A stretch of DNA of 64,000 nt, from NCBI GenBank assembly GCA_964106645.2, contig OZ067040.1. One strand, 5' to 3'. This DNA comes from Podarcis pityusensis. Taxonomy: Eukaryota. A model generated the notes under the pieces. That model saw nothing but the letters and a program-made list of their open reading frames with translations. It did no database searches and had not been told where the DNA came from. The number at the start of each line of letters is the position of its first letter. Position 1 is the stretch's first letter. Both the position numbers and the translations under genes were made by a program. Below, in pieces: positions 12,301-27,489 of the stretch.

Positions 12301-14229
12301 TTTTATACTTGTTGGTGCAGCACTTGGGTTTTTGGGATGTTGAGTGGTAAGAGGATCCCTGCAATGCATTGGGGTGACACCAAATGGGAGCCCCTCAGGG
12401 TCACCATGAGGGCAAGGGTACTCTCCCGCCTTCGCACCTCCTGCAGGCACAGCATTGGACACAGTGTCAGGAGGGTTAGATTGGCTCTGACATGGTGCCC
12501 CTTCCCACTGCCTTGCCCCAGGGCATTTGGAAGGCAAGAGGGTATCACAGCCTCACTGACTGCTACTGACTGTGTGTGCTGCCGCACAGAGTGAGAGTAA
12601 TATTTGCGTTCATTGTAAAAGTTGCCAAATACTTCTCTGAGTAGGTGGATAAGCTAAAACCAGCTATAAGTGCGGCAGAACCTATCCAAACAGATACTGT
12701 ACTGCTAAACATTCCTGCAGCATAGTGACAGCACGAGGCCTCAAACTTTGACAGCTGCACCCTGACATCAACGGAGGTGGAGGAAATAGTTTTCAGAGCA
12801 CAAAACATAATCGGACAGACACATACGCAGCATTTCCCCACAGGCTTCCTGCCCCTCTTGGTGCTTATGACAAGAACATACAGTCAGACAAGGGCACCAC
12901 CATGAGGCTGCTCTTGACAAGGCCACAGAGATTGTGACAGGAGATGTGAAATACATCTGCAAAACACAGTGAAATCTCCAAGCTAAAACCTAAATGTAAT
13001 TTGTGCCATTTTGCTAGATGCCTTCCTCAACTGATCAAAGAGGAGACAAAGCAAATTAGGTGAAAGGCAAAAAGGTGGATAAAAGTTCTCGACACAAGTG
13101 AAAAATGTGTGTCAACTGCCTGTCCCCTTTCTTTGCCCTCAGCAAACACTATACAGCAGTGTGGCACTACAGGTACAGCACTGTATTAAAATACTATTGA
13201 TATTTAGAAAGTAACGGTTTCTATTAATACATTATTAATTAGTATTAATTAATTAGTATTAATAATTAAGTATTAATTAGTATTAGTATTAGGAGTTTAT
13301 GACAACACCCCAAGCCACTTTCTACTGAGATGTAATGTAGTTTCAGCATTTGATGGATTATGATGATTATGCTGTCTATTGAAGGCATGTTTTTGTTGCT
13401 GAAGTTTTTGCTTGTTTCATTGGCTTCATTTTATGTTACTATATGGATTGTTCATTTTTGGTACTGGTATACCCTAGAGTTCAGGGGTTCTCATTTGTGG
13501 AACGCTCTCCAAGGGAGGCTTGCCTTGTGCCTTCATTGCATATCTTTAGGCAATGGGCAAGCCTTTGGCTTATTAAATATATGGCCCTTTAAACTGGGTG
13601 TGTGGGTTACTGTTTTGTTTGTTCTTGTTATGATGTTTTGTTATACACACACACACACTATAAATAGCCATATGATCCTAAGATGAGGGGTGGAATATAA
13701 ATTTCATAAATAATAATTTCGTAATGTATTTCCTCACCCAATGTTACATTTTTAAATTTTTCCAAGTTGCTGGAAGGCCACGTGTCAAGCGACTAGTAAA
13801 CTGAAATAACAACACCCCAAACAACAATGTAACATCCTCTCAGCGACATAGGAGGGAGAAGAAGAAACAGCCCCCAGCTTTCTCAATGTCTCACAGACTC
13901 CGTAAAGTTCGCTCTCTCAGTAGCGAGTCCAGTTCTGGCTCGGCTCTGTGGTTTTTTTTTAAGTAACTTTTTACTGGATTTTATAAACAAGGATCATAGG
14001 AACAATAAGGTGTATAAATAAAAAGACCAAGTCTTCTAATGTCATTTGTACATCGCAAAAATGGCATAATAAATTTGCAATAATATCTACAACATATGAT
14101 TCGTTATTAGTGTCAGTGTACAAACCTTTGGTTTAAATAAGTGGAGTGGGTCAAATAAAAACAGCAAGTGGAAACAGGATAGAACTGCTCGGCTTTGTTT
14201 TGTTTATAAAGCTTCTTCCTATCTAAGGA

Positions 14230-15560
<1,331 letters not shown>

Positions 15561-16685
15561 TAAAATACAAGGTAATGTATGAAGCTTGCAGGGTGACCTT
15601 GGGCCTGTCGCTGTCTCTCAGCCTAACCTACCTCACAGGGTTGTTGTGAAGAGAAATTGGAGAGGGAGGAGAGCTATATATGCCACTGTGTGTTGGAAGG
15701 AAGGTGAGATATAAATATAAATGTAATCAATAAACGCCTGCCAGTAGAACACTTGGGGTAGATAGCTGGTTTTACACTTCCCAACATGGTCCTATAGGAT
15801 AGCTACTAAATGATCTGAACTTTAAGTACCAGATACATGTGCACATGACTTTAAGCAACAACAAAAATATAGCAGTGATATTCTTTAGGAGAGCTGTAGG
15901 TGTGATTATCACTTTGCTCCCAAATGGAAGATGGGCAGCATTTTAAATAGTTCAGATGATACTGAATATTACACAAATATATTAATGTGGCATGACAGGT
16001 TTTTGAGTTGGTCTTTAATTTAGACTAGAATGTTATGAGTCCTTCAGATATACCTGCCTCACTGAAGAAAATTATGTCATTTGCTGTTGTATTATATTCC
16101 AGTATAGTTGCTACCAATATGTGTTTCTTGACAATTAGAGTTAAGTGATGAAAGTCCTGCTCCATCAGAATCTGTATTGAGCTTGATTAGTTTTTAAACA
16201 TTATTGACTGATGGCTAGTGCATGGAATTTAATAGGATAAAGGTGGTATTTGTTTTTGCTAGATCTGTGTTGCAATTTGTTGTTTAATTTGTTCCCTGGG
16301 TGCTTGTGCAGATAACCACTTTTTAAAACACAAGCTAGGTTTACTCTCTTACCTGAACATGGTTCATTTTATCTTGTGAGGTTGGTAACATTTTAACCCA
16401 TACATAATATCTAGGTGCACTGAACAATTATTACTCACAACTTTGAGAAGCTTGCTTTCTTTATCCTAGGGCAATATTCTAATGATTGGTCTACCAGCCC
16501 TAAAATACATGGGCTGTGCTTTATACACATCATGCACCAGTATTTTGAAGCTGAAATAATGCATAAGTGTGTTTGTGTAACTTGAGAACTTGCTTTCCTG
16601 ATTTTCTCAAAAAGATTCATTAGCCTCATTTATTTTTAAAGCAGGGGCATATTGAAGTTATTCTGAAGCTGTTGTCAAAAAATAT

Positions 16686-16979
16686 TGTTGTTGTTGTTTA
16701 GTTGTTTAGTCGTGTCCGACTCTTCATGACCCCATGGACCAGAGCACGCCAGGCACTCCTGTCCTCCACTGCCTCCCGCAGTTTGGTCAAACTCATGCTA
16801 GTAGCTTCGAGAACACTGTCCAACCATCTCGTCCTCTGTCGTCCCCTTCTCCTTGTGCCCTCCATCTTTCCCAATATCAGGGTCTTTTCCAGGGAGTCTT
16901 CTCTTCTCATGAGGGGGCCAAAGTATTGGAGCCTCAGTTTCAGGATCTGTCCTTCCAGTGAGCACTCAGGGCTGATTTC
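16686..16979 (-). mobile_element. Bov-B (RTE) LINE 3' end
   Basis: minus-strand peptide DSLEKTLILGKMEGTRRRGRQRTRWLD...AWRALVHGV; (AAC)n tail. Confidence 0.88.
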
Positions 16980-19900
16980 AAAAATGAGGATGTCAGGGAC
17001 TTGGTGGGAAAAAGAGGACTGAGGAAACTTGGTTCAGAGTGTAAAGTAGGGTTGCTGTATTTCAAAAAAGTAAGTTGTTGAGCTTACTTAGACAAACCCC
17101 AATGTTGTTGAGATTTTTTTTTTTACCAAAACGCCCAAAAAAAGTGATTTCTTGGTTTACATGCAGAAGATCTAGGACAAAACAGTGCCTTCCGGAAATT
17201 CCCCCCAGACGTCACTTCCACCTTTGAAATCCCAGTAATGTCCTGGACATATGGCAGCCCTAGATGAAGTGACTAGAGATTCTTGCAGTGCAATTCTTTA
17301 CATGCCTTTACTTATTTGCTGGTAATTTGGTGCATGGGATAGTATTAATTAGCTGCAGCTGATGCTGCATTGAAGCAGGCAAGCTGGACTGTGTATACTA
17401 AAGCTGTGATTCAGGGTGGGGAGAGAGAGCCAGGCATGCTGCAGGCAGAGGTCTTTCCAGTGATGGGCCAATGCTAGTAGGAGTCACCTCAGAGAATTAT
17501 GGTACCCCTTTGGTGTCTTCCCTTTGAAAAACCATTGAGGGCTAAGGACCTCACCCACATGAAAGTGACAGATAGATGATGGAAGGACCCTGAGGGAAAA
17601 GCAAGTGAGATTATGGGTCAGTAAATGAAAGCTCCCAGGTGAGAGGTGGTAGCAGCGTTCAAAATTCACTGGGCACATTTTGCACCTGGCTATCGGCCAG
17701 TTGTGACCAAGTGAAGATACCCAGGCGCCACCAGGATTGTGCCTGATGTTTCCACTATCTGGAGGTGCATGCCTGGGGATCCTTGGATCTTGACTGTTTT
17801 CACACACTAGCAACATATCCAGTAGAATTCTATCTGTTATATTTTATCTGCGCTATCAGAATGAATTTAAGGAACCAAAACATTGCATTGAAAAATACAA
17901 CTTTCAAGCCGTCTGGCCCCTAAAAGACAACTAGACATTCGGTTTTGGCAAATAAGATTTCTACCTCCCATTGATTTTTTTGAATCCACCTATATTAAAG
18001 TATAAAGCCAGATGTAACTTTTCAAATTTTCTAATCATGTTCTCTTCTAACTACCCTTACTGAACATTAATTCCTCCTTCTTGTCTTTTCAGAACAGCAC
18101 AATGGTTAATTCTACCCATAATTAACTTTAACTAATACTTGCAAACTCTCTTTTAACCTTGGTTTTATTTAAACTCTGTTAGCTTTAAACTAAAGTTAGT
18201 GTTAACATCAGTTTAGAGATAACTGGGTAATTAGGTGTTGAAGAGATTTCACTAGCCTGTTCCATACTCCCAATCCCCTAGCCATGGATAGGAGATCAGG
18301 GGTGTTACATTTGGAGTGGCTTTAGTGAGAACTTTATAGAACTACTTTAAGGTAAAAAGAAGTTTATTTTTAAAATGTTCACACATATTGACCATACTTG
18401 CTTTAAATTTTCTGTTACCGCAGTCACAGTTAAAAATTAATGTGGTTACAGTTTTGATAACAATAAATACTCGTAAGTTTTAAGGCCTTAATAGACGTTT
18501 GATTACATTACGTTTTGTTTGAGACAAAAAGATTACAGATTTATGCTGTTGTGTTTTGTGTGCCTGAAAGATTCATTTTTTTATTCCATTTATCACACTT
18601 TCTTCATTGAAGTATGGACCTGGGTTAAGCACTTAAGAACCAGTGATTTCAGTGTGATTTAAACAGGGTTTGGGTAATATCAATGTATTTTTAGTGCTTA
18701 ACCCTGGGTCAGTAACCCAGGGAGTATAAAATACAGTTTTCAAGTGCCCAATGCATTTTACTTGTTAAGTCGTATTCTAGTCTAAAATGTCCGCTAACTT
18801 CATTTTACTTGAGACATACATACTTCAGATTTCAGTGGACCTCTAGCTTTGTTATGCAGTGGGAACGATTACCTATTAGTTGTCTGGGGAAAATAGTTTT
18901 ACAATATCCTTATATGTGGTGGCATTTAGAACAAAGGTGACTTAAAGTTCAGACCAACATTTTTTGTTAGTCCTATTATTTGCGTACACAGTAATGTGTT
19001 TTATCCTGTAAAAAGAATGGACAGTATATCCAATATTAGTTATACTTAGAATATATTAATTGAAATAATTGGACTTAAGTTCTGAAATTCATTGACTTTG
19101 ATGGGTCTACTATGAGTATGGCATAATTGGATACCACCCAATATAAGTAAGGTTTAATTTCACTATTTTAGAGGTAGAATGACAGCTGTTAAACATATGC
19201 CCTCAAAATCCTTTAATAAAAGCTGAAATATGGAGTGCTAGACAGCATTTTTCTATCGACAAAATTTTAAAAAAGAAAACAGTGCCATGTTTCAGGTGGC
19301 TTAAAATGATAAAATACCCTTCTCCAACTTGGCACACTCTGAATGTTTGGGACTGCAACCCCCATCGTCTCCAGTGGACATCTGGAAGACACCAAGTTGA
19401 GGGGTGCTATAAGACTTGCACGAGCACAGCTTAGACTTCATGTTTAAATGTCACCTGTTGCATTTTATTAGTTTGACTGTATGCCTAGCAAATGTGTAAT
19501 TCTAATTTTATCTGTAATACAGTGGTCTTGATGACTAACATGTAGTGTTGCATTTAACTTTGCTGTTGAAATTGTTTTATAGAGTAACCTTGGTTCTCTT
19601 GGCTAGAAATTGTGAATTAAAAATGGCCCCCTCTACATTTAGAAATCTAAAATAAACTTGTTGGAGAGGCTAATACTTTCAGAAAGCAGCCTATGCTGAT
19701 ATCTGTATTCACATCTGTATCTATTTCATATATGTATTTAGGCTACTACCTGCTCTTCTGGCATGATTGCTTTTAACTGGCTACCATATTGCCATCACAA
19801 ACATATCCACGCAGTTGTCTCCTTTTATTACCAGAATGGTGCCATTCTGGCTAGAAACAGCAACAACAGTGTGATCCTGCTCGTATTTACTCAAGCATAA

Positions 19901-21410
19901 AATCTCACAGAGATCAAACTTACTGCCTAGAAATATGTTTAGCATTACAGCCTAATTCAGTGGGACTGAATTATAGATATTTTAAAAAGCAGAAAAATCA
20001 GGTCTTCATGTTTGGGCAAAGGGCCCAAATAAAGAAAAAACTCAGGAAGGGAGCAAGAAGTGAAACCTAAAACTGGTGTGAGCCTGTTTTAACTGTAAGT
20101 AGATTCCTATTGGAATAATCTTAGTGTAGATCTCTTAGTAGTGCACTACTTTGATTTCTTATTTGGCAGGCACTAAATGTTGCTTGCCTTGCCAGGTATA
20201 TAGGGCTAAATCTGTAAACATAGACTAAAATAAGATCTTAATGGAGGTGAGAGGAGATTTTAGCTTGCAGTGAAGTTTCAGAGACAGGTCCTTGAAACAT
20301 ATATTCACACAAAACATACAAATTCCTTACCAACAGTTGGATACCATTTTTGTATTAACTTTTGTTCTGCTGAAATTAATACTTCTTTGCCATGGGGTGC
20401 ATTCATGCATGCCTTTTTCTTTGTACTATTTATGTTTGTAAAACAGCATCAAGTCAATTTCAACTCCATGTGAGAATTACAGCAGTATTACAAATGGATG
20501 TTTTCTGTAACAATGAGTAAATTATTGAATTATTGAACGTACATAAACGCACGTGCTCCTGGGAAGGTTTATTGGGCCAAGTGTCACCAGATATGTATGC
20601 ACATGCATTATTACTTCCACACTTTAAACATTTGCTGTAGGCAGCACTTTTGTAAGACTAGTGTTTTCTGTAGTGGTTGTAATGTATAGCACTGCTTTTA
20701 GATAACAGGATTTCTATTACCTGGAAAGGAAATACTGTGCTTCAGTTTAGGAAATATTTGCTTCTTAAGCTAAAGCTAATTTCACCATTTCTAGAGGTCA
20801 TAATAGCACCTGTGACAAAGTACATCATGGACATTGTCCTCCTGGTTCTCTCGTTTGGGTAACATTACATGTTGGATAATAAAGGATAACCAATTATCAG
20901 TGCAAAACAGTCTACTTCAATGCAGTGAGATTGCATTAAAGACCAAGTACTGTACTGTAGTTTCTTCAAGCCTAAAACCATCAGGAACAAACAGTGTCTT
21001 TTAATATGTAGCAGTGACAATGTATCTTATTTTTCCTTAATTCCAGACATTTGAGGGGAGTTTGTATTGAAAACACAAAGTACACAATGTGCTTATTTCT
21101 TGCACATGGCAATCAGTACAGAGATTCCCCCTCCTCTTATGTGAGTTTCACCCTTAGGAAAAAGGTCTTCTTTAGTGTTTGGAATTAGAGGCTCTTTTCC
21201 TTAGGCTTCTAGCCATTCAGAGAGGCAACCTCTGGTTTGATTGCAGTGGAGAAGAAAGACACCTCTTCACCTTGTGCATTGTCTTCCTTGTAATAATGGG
21301 TTTAAACGCTGCCATTAGTAATTGGGAAAAGAGCAACATGTTGATGGAGTTTAGGGGTCTAGACATTTTGGCTGGGCTTGATAGCCAGTCATTCCCTTGG
21401 ATCCCAATTA

Positions 21411-23828
21411 CAGTGGTGCCCCGCAAGACGAATGCCTCACAAGATGAAAAACTCGCTAGACGAAAGGGTTTTTTGTTTTTTGAGCTGCTTCGCAAGACTA
21501 TTTTCCCTATGGGCTTGCTTCACAAGACGGAAACGTCTTGCAAGTTTGTTTCCTTTTTCTTAACACCGTTAATACAGTTGCGACTTGACTTCGAGGAGCA
21601 ACTCATAGAACGCGGTGTGGTAGCCTTTTTTGAGGTTTTTAAAGACTTTGGTGATTTTTGAAGCTTTTCCAAAACTTTCCCGACACCGTGCTTCGCAAGA
21701 CGAAAAAAATCGCAAGACGACAAAACTCGCGGAACGGACTTCCGGGGTGGCGCCATCAGCAATGGCGGACTCCCTCTGAACAGGAGGGACCAGCTCTGCG
21801 CGAAACGGGTCTTTTCCGCTGCGGCGAAGCGGGGACCCTTCTAGAAATCACAGGCGGATGAAGCCTGTGACCGTGGGACTCGGCGGGCACCCTTAGCGCC
21901 CCCCCCAACCCGCAAAGGAACCCACTAACGGGCTCCGAAGCGAAGAGGGGGAAGTGGCGTGGTGCTGTGAGTCAATTGCTTTTTCTGTGGAGCGAAGCCG
22001 CATAGCCGTTGCCGGAGAGCGCTGCCTTTTTCTTGGGACAATTTGGCATCTAAAATAATCACCCATGAGTACTTAAACACTGAACAATTGGACTTTAAAT
22101 AAGAACTGACGAGCAGAAAGGAATTGGACTTAAAAATTCACTTCAATTTGGTACTGAAACGGGAAGGTCTAAACAGGAAGTCAGCCTTCCGTTTCTTTGT
22201 AGTCAGAGTAAAGCAAAGACAACGTAAACTAGAGCTTAGAAAATTATTTTCAAAGGATTGGCTTTCATCATTTAAAATTGTTGAACCCCCCTTCGGTAGC
22301 AGGAGAAGAAGGGGGATCTTTTTTGGACTGTTTAAACCTGCAGAAGTGAGTCTAAAGCAAAGTAACTTTCCACCGTCCTGATCCTGGAGCGGGGTGTCAG
22401 AATTGACGTTTGAAGCTCATTGACCAGAGACAAATGTTTTTGACAGATAGCTAAAAGAAGAGTAACATTGTGATTTCATTGTTTCCTTTCGCATTTTAAA
22501 GGAACAAATATTGACAAAATATCTTAAAAAGAAACTTTGTTGCTATTATCCTTAAAAGAAAGAACAACCAGAAGCTTTCCCCCTAGAGGGGGACTGTGAG
22601 ATTGTAACTAATTCTAGGGAGCTTGCAGCTGCCACAGATTACAACCGTGGGAAAGGACTTGTGACCTTGTAGGACAATGCTTTCAGAAGCTCTGTTGTGT
22701 GCTCTCTGTAAAATAAATGCCCTATTGGATCAGTTAAGTCAGAAGACGGATTTGATGACTAATGCGGTCAGAACTTTTGAACAGGTAGTGGGAAACTATA
22801 TGGAGCCCACCCAGGAACTAAAACAGGAGTGTGCCATGACAGAACAGATGAGAGAAGAGGATGCTGCTGAATCTTGGGCGCCAGAAAGGGAGGGATTTTC
22901 GGCCCTGCAGGAATATGAGTCTTTGGATTTGACAAATGAACTTGGAAAAAACCAGATTTGGAAAGATAAAGTTTGGTTTGGTTTGAAAATGGGGGGTTGG
23001 ACTGACCCCCCCATGCAGGGATGTTTGGACTTTCCGAGTCTGGCAATGGGCCGTCAGATGTTTGGAGCTGTGGGGGCTCTCAATTTTGGAGGGAATCTGA
23101 AACATGTCTTCAAATACCACATGGAGTTTAGTCTGGACTATGGAAAAGGGGCTGATTTGTTGAAAAGGGTCAAAAACATTATCAAGCTGGAGTTCCCACG
23201 AGTGAAAGGAAAATATGAAGAAGAGCTGCAGAAGGGACATGGAAGAGACTTGAGGGCCTCGGATATAAGATCACCAGGTTAATGTGCTAGATCAATGGGA
23301 TAAAAAGGACTGACAAAACCCGGGACCAGGAGGAAGGGACGCTGGATGAAGATTGGATTGTTCTTATTTCTTTTTTTACCATCAGGATTGTTTTATAAAA
23401 TTGATGAATGTTAGAAAAATGTTGAAATGAAATTACTTGGCTCTTGTAAAAATGTTTAAAGAATTAGGTAAGAATGTTATGCTTATGAGAAGTTGGTAAA
23501 AATAAGATTTAAGTTTTAAGCTTTAAGGTTTTCTATAAGATAAGATGAAAATAGATTAAGGTAATGTAATGACAGAATACTATGAATTATGGAAAGGATT
23601 TGCTGCGAAAATTATTAATTAGGATACAAGAAAAGGGAGGAGGAGGAGGTCAAAGAAAGAAGGTAATGAAAGTGGAGAATTTGAGAATGATGGTTTTATT
23701 TTTTTTCTTTTATTTTTTTCTGTTTTGTCTTTTTCTTGTAATTTTTAAAAAATTTTCAATAAATATCATTTTAAAAAAAACAAAAAAACTCGCAGAACGA
23801 ATTAATTTCGTCTTGCGAGGCACCACTG
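21411..23828. mobile_element. Tigger-like MITE split by a 2-kb retroelement insertion
   Basis: TA-flanked TIRs CAGTGGTGCCCCGCAAGACGAA / TTCGTCTTGCGAGGCACCACTG. Confidence 0.85.
21737..23784 (+). mobile_element. L1-type non-autonomous retroelement (HAL1-like) with a 201-aa ORF at 22677-23282
   Basis: 15-bp TSD AAAACTCGC(G/A)GAACG; CpG-rich 5' end starting GACTTCCGG...ATGGCGG; AATAAA and A-rich tail. Confidence 0.7.
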
Positions 23829-24424
23829 TAAGTTAGTTGCACTTAGTTAAGTCGTGACTAATGTGCCCTGCTGGTTTTAGTTAACTGAGTTTGAATCCAG
23901 CCCATTGTTTGTAGTACCTAGTGATTTTTCACTCCCTCACTCCTAAGAGCAAAAGTCAAAGCAGTGTTTTTATACCAACTGTCCAGACAGTTGGTTTTGC
24001 GGACCACTTATTGTAGGTGTTGTTTATAGCAAGCAGCCCCTCTCTTACAGGCCATGGCACTGTTTGATCCTAACACAATATGCAGTGTTGCTTCACTCAA
24101 CACTTACTTAACTTACAGAATTAGCCAGCATTCAAAATTAAACCAGCATGAGTCTTTTTTGTGACTCAAGGGCGCCATCTAGTGACCATGTTCAGCCCAG
24201 CACATGGAGGGAGGAATGAGCCACATCGGCCCCAGTGGAGGCCGCTTGTTCCTCCCACCAGGCGCTGGCGGCAGAGGGAGTCCCCCCACCACCAGCACCC
24301 AGCTCACTGAGGGAGTCAGGAGCAGGCAAGTTCCACCCACGATACACCACCAGGTGAAGGCGCTATTGCGCTCTGGCTCTCAATCCGTTCCTGGGCAATG
24401 TATCAATACATTGCCCGGGCCTAG

Positions 24425-24667
24425 GTGTCATCTGCAAATTTGATGAGCATCACCTCAATTCTTTCATCTAAGTCATTTATAAAGACATTGAACAACAACA
24501 GGCCCACTTGGACAGAATCCTGCGGCACCAACACTTGTCACTTTCCCCCCAGGATGACAAGGAACCATTAAGTACTCTTTGGGTCCAGTCAGTCAACCAG
24601 CTACAAATCCACCTAACAGTTACCTTGTTCAACCCACATTTTACCAGCTTCCTCACAAGAATATCAT
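24425..24667 (-). mobile_element. CR1 LINE reverse-transcriptase fragment
   Basis: minus strand reads ...KFADDT and DILVRKLVKCGL..VTVRWICSWLTD. Confidence 0.8.
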
Positions 24668-24830
24668 TCCACGGGGAGGGTGCCACTACCGAGAAGGCCT
24701 TCTGCCTTTTTCACTGTAACTTAATTTCTCACAGTGAGGGAATCATCAGAAGGCCTTCGGAGCTGGACTTCCATGTCTGGGCTGAATGATGGGGATGGAG
24801 ATGCTCCTTCAGGTATACAGGGCCAAATCT
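24668..24830 (-). mobile_element. L2 LINE fragment
   Basis: homologous to 4515-4620. Confidence 0.55.
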
Positions 24831-25820
24831 GTTTAGAGTGTTCCCCTCAGTTAAGAGAAAACAGGAGTGAATGGTTACAAACAGCAAACAGAAGCATCTC
24901 ATCTCTTCCCCTTTGCATGTCTAGAGAGGGGTGGGAATGCACAAGCTCAGATTGCACCTGCTCATTCAATAAGATGGTTTGTCATTAGGTCTAAATCAGG
25001 CCATTCTGTGACTCCTCTTCTCGCTTGTCTCTCTCTTCTGCATAAAGTGAATGCACACAAAGTAAAAGATCAGCTAACATGTAGAAAGAGCTTAGGCTTG
25101 TTTCAGTTTGCACAGACCTTCAGTTTTGACATCCATGAGACTCAAAATGAAACTTGATAATTGAAGCTAAATATCTTTTAGACAATGGCCTTGTTAGCAT
25201 GTAATGATAAGTCAGACTTCTGGCGTATATTGGTTTATTGTGTAAACAAACAGCATGCTGGTGTACAGTACTCCTCCCTGGTGTAAGTAGAGTAAACAAA
25301 ACAAGAAGCTGGTGCTTCCTGTTATGTTTGAATCAGAGTTTGTGGTTTATTTTTTCCAAACAAGTACAGTGACTAGCCAACCTTGCTGATCATGGCTTCT
25401 CCAGATGATGATCCTTCATTCAAACATAGTTTGAAGCCAAGGCTTCCTGGTTTGTTTATCTGGTTTGCACCTGGAGAGGAGCCATCGGGCTGTATGCATC
25501 AGCACAGTGGCTTCCCAGTTTCACACCCCACACCCACACTCATTAACCACTTGAAAATTGCTGAGTGACAACATGGACCACTTAATGATTTGTAGCAATT
25601 GTACTGTGCCAGATGCTATATGATTTGCATAGAATTCAAATTGTAATGCAATAAAAGGAGATACAGGAGAATTTTTGTTGCTGCTACTGGCACAGTTGGA
25701 TCTCACCCAGTTTCATATTTTAAAAGTAAAGTATAAAAAAAATTTTGTGTTCAGTCTTGTAAGATGCTCTTGAGAACTTTTGTATGATATGCACATTTGT
25801 TTATTTTATGTTGAATGTAG

Positions 25821-25946
25821 GTTCAGATGCAAGTCCACCCTAAGCTGTCATCTACTGAAGATGCCTTGCAGTATGTTGAGGAGTTAATACTGCAGTTGCT
25901 GAACATGTTATGCCAAGCTCAGCCAAGAAGCTTCCTGGATGTAGAG
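25821..25946 (+). CDS. SOS1: SOS1 exon 2 (histone-fold)
   Basis: 126 nt, AG/GT; [42 protein letters not shown]. Confidence 0.96.
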
Positions 25947-26381
25947 GTACAAGAAGAGTTTGTAGCTATTTATGCACTACTGTTATTTGCTGCTGCTGAT
26001 ATATTATTAATTCTGTCATTCATCATTGGATTATTAACACTTTGTTTTGTTTACAATATTGTATTAAATTATTTGGTTCTTCTATATCTTTTATTATTAC
26101 CTTATTCTGATACCTTGTGAGCTGTTTTGGGTACAAATATATTGTGGGAAAGCAGCATATAAATTAATTAATAATGGGGATTCTGATTTTGACCTTTTAT
26201 TGGGGGGTGATAAGTTTGGAAAATTATTAGCAAATATATAGATTTGTTATTAATGTCTCTGTTCTTACACAAATTAATAATGTTTCCATAACCAAACTAG
26301 ATATCTTTCAGTGACTTAAGATATTGTAAAAAAAAATGTTATGTGCTGATTATATATTTAGCTGCAATTCCTATTTTTTAA

Positions 26382-26555
<174 letters not shown>

Positions 26556-26769
26556 TAACAGAAGTTACCCATTTGTTCTTCAAAGCTGAATTACTTCCTA
26601 TAAAGACAAATTTTTAAAAACCACTGTACCTAGATTTCACTCAAATCTATAAATCTTATTAAAGTAATCTCTGATCCTAGCTAGTAACAGATCTAACTAG
26701 AATTCAATAAATCTTAGCTGGTGTAATTTGACTGCCACAATCTTACACTTCCCTTGACTTGGAAGCAAT

Positions 26770-27430
26770 ACCTGCTTGATTAGGCCATGGGCATCCAGTC
26801 CAGCACTTAGTTCTTATAGTGACCAACCAGCTGTCTGTAGGAAGCCTGCAAGCAGAACCTGAGCCCAACAGGATTCTCACTACTTGCAGATCCCAGCAAC
26901 TGGTATTCAGAGGCATAAGCGTTAATATTGGTCTCATATTTTAAAGCCATCCAGGTTGGTGGGGATCACTACTACTTGTTGGAGTGAATTCCATAGTTTA
27001 TATAGACTATCTTTTGTCTCCCCTGAATCTTCCGGCATTCAGCTTGATTGGGTATCCCCAACTTCTAGCATTTTGAGAAGCAAAAGATAGAGAAAATTAT
27101 TTCTTTACCTCCACTCCACGGACAATTTTGTACGCCTCTATCCTGTCCCCTCTTACTCATCTTTTAACTGAAAGCCCCAAATCTTGTAATCTTTCCTCAT
27201 AGCAAATTTGCTCCACCTCCTTGATCATTTTTGTTGCCTTTTCTGAACCTTTTCCAGCTCTACAATATCATTTTTTACGTGAGGCAACGTTTTTGACATG
27301 AGGCAACACAGTATTCCAAGTTATACAAATATAGATTTGTATAACAGTATTATATGTTTTATGTTCATTAGCTTTCCTAATGATCCCCAGCATTATATTT
27401 TCATGTTTTACAACTGCAGAACACAGGGCT
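26770..27430 (-). mobile_element. decayed CR1 LINE 3' fragment
   Basis: resembles CR1 3' region (ttttccagctctacaatatc, cacagtattccaag); boundaries approximate. Confidence 0.55.
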
Positions 27431-27489
27431 GGATACAAGTCTATAATAATTGCTGTGCCATTTGACTAATAAGAAATATATTTAAGTTA

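Noticed and set aside
13222-13291. AT-rich quasi-palindromic (ATTAGT/ATTAAT) tract
   Set aside because: Low-complexity slippage repeat with no further support for function.
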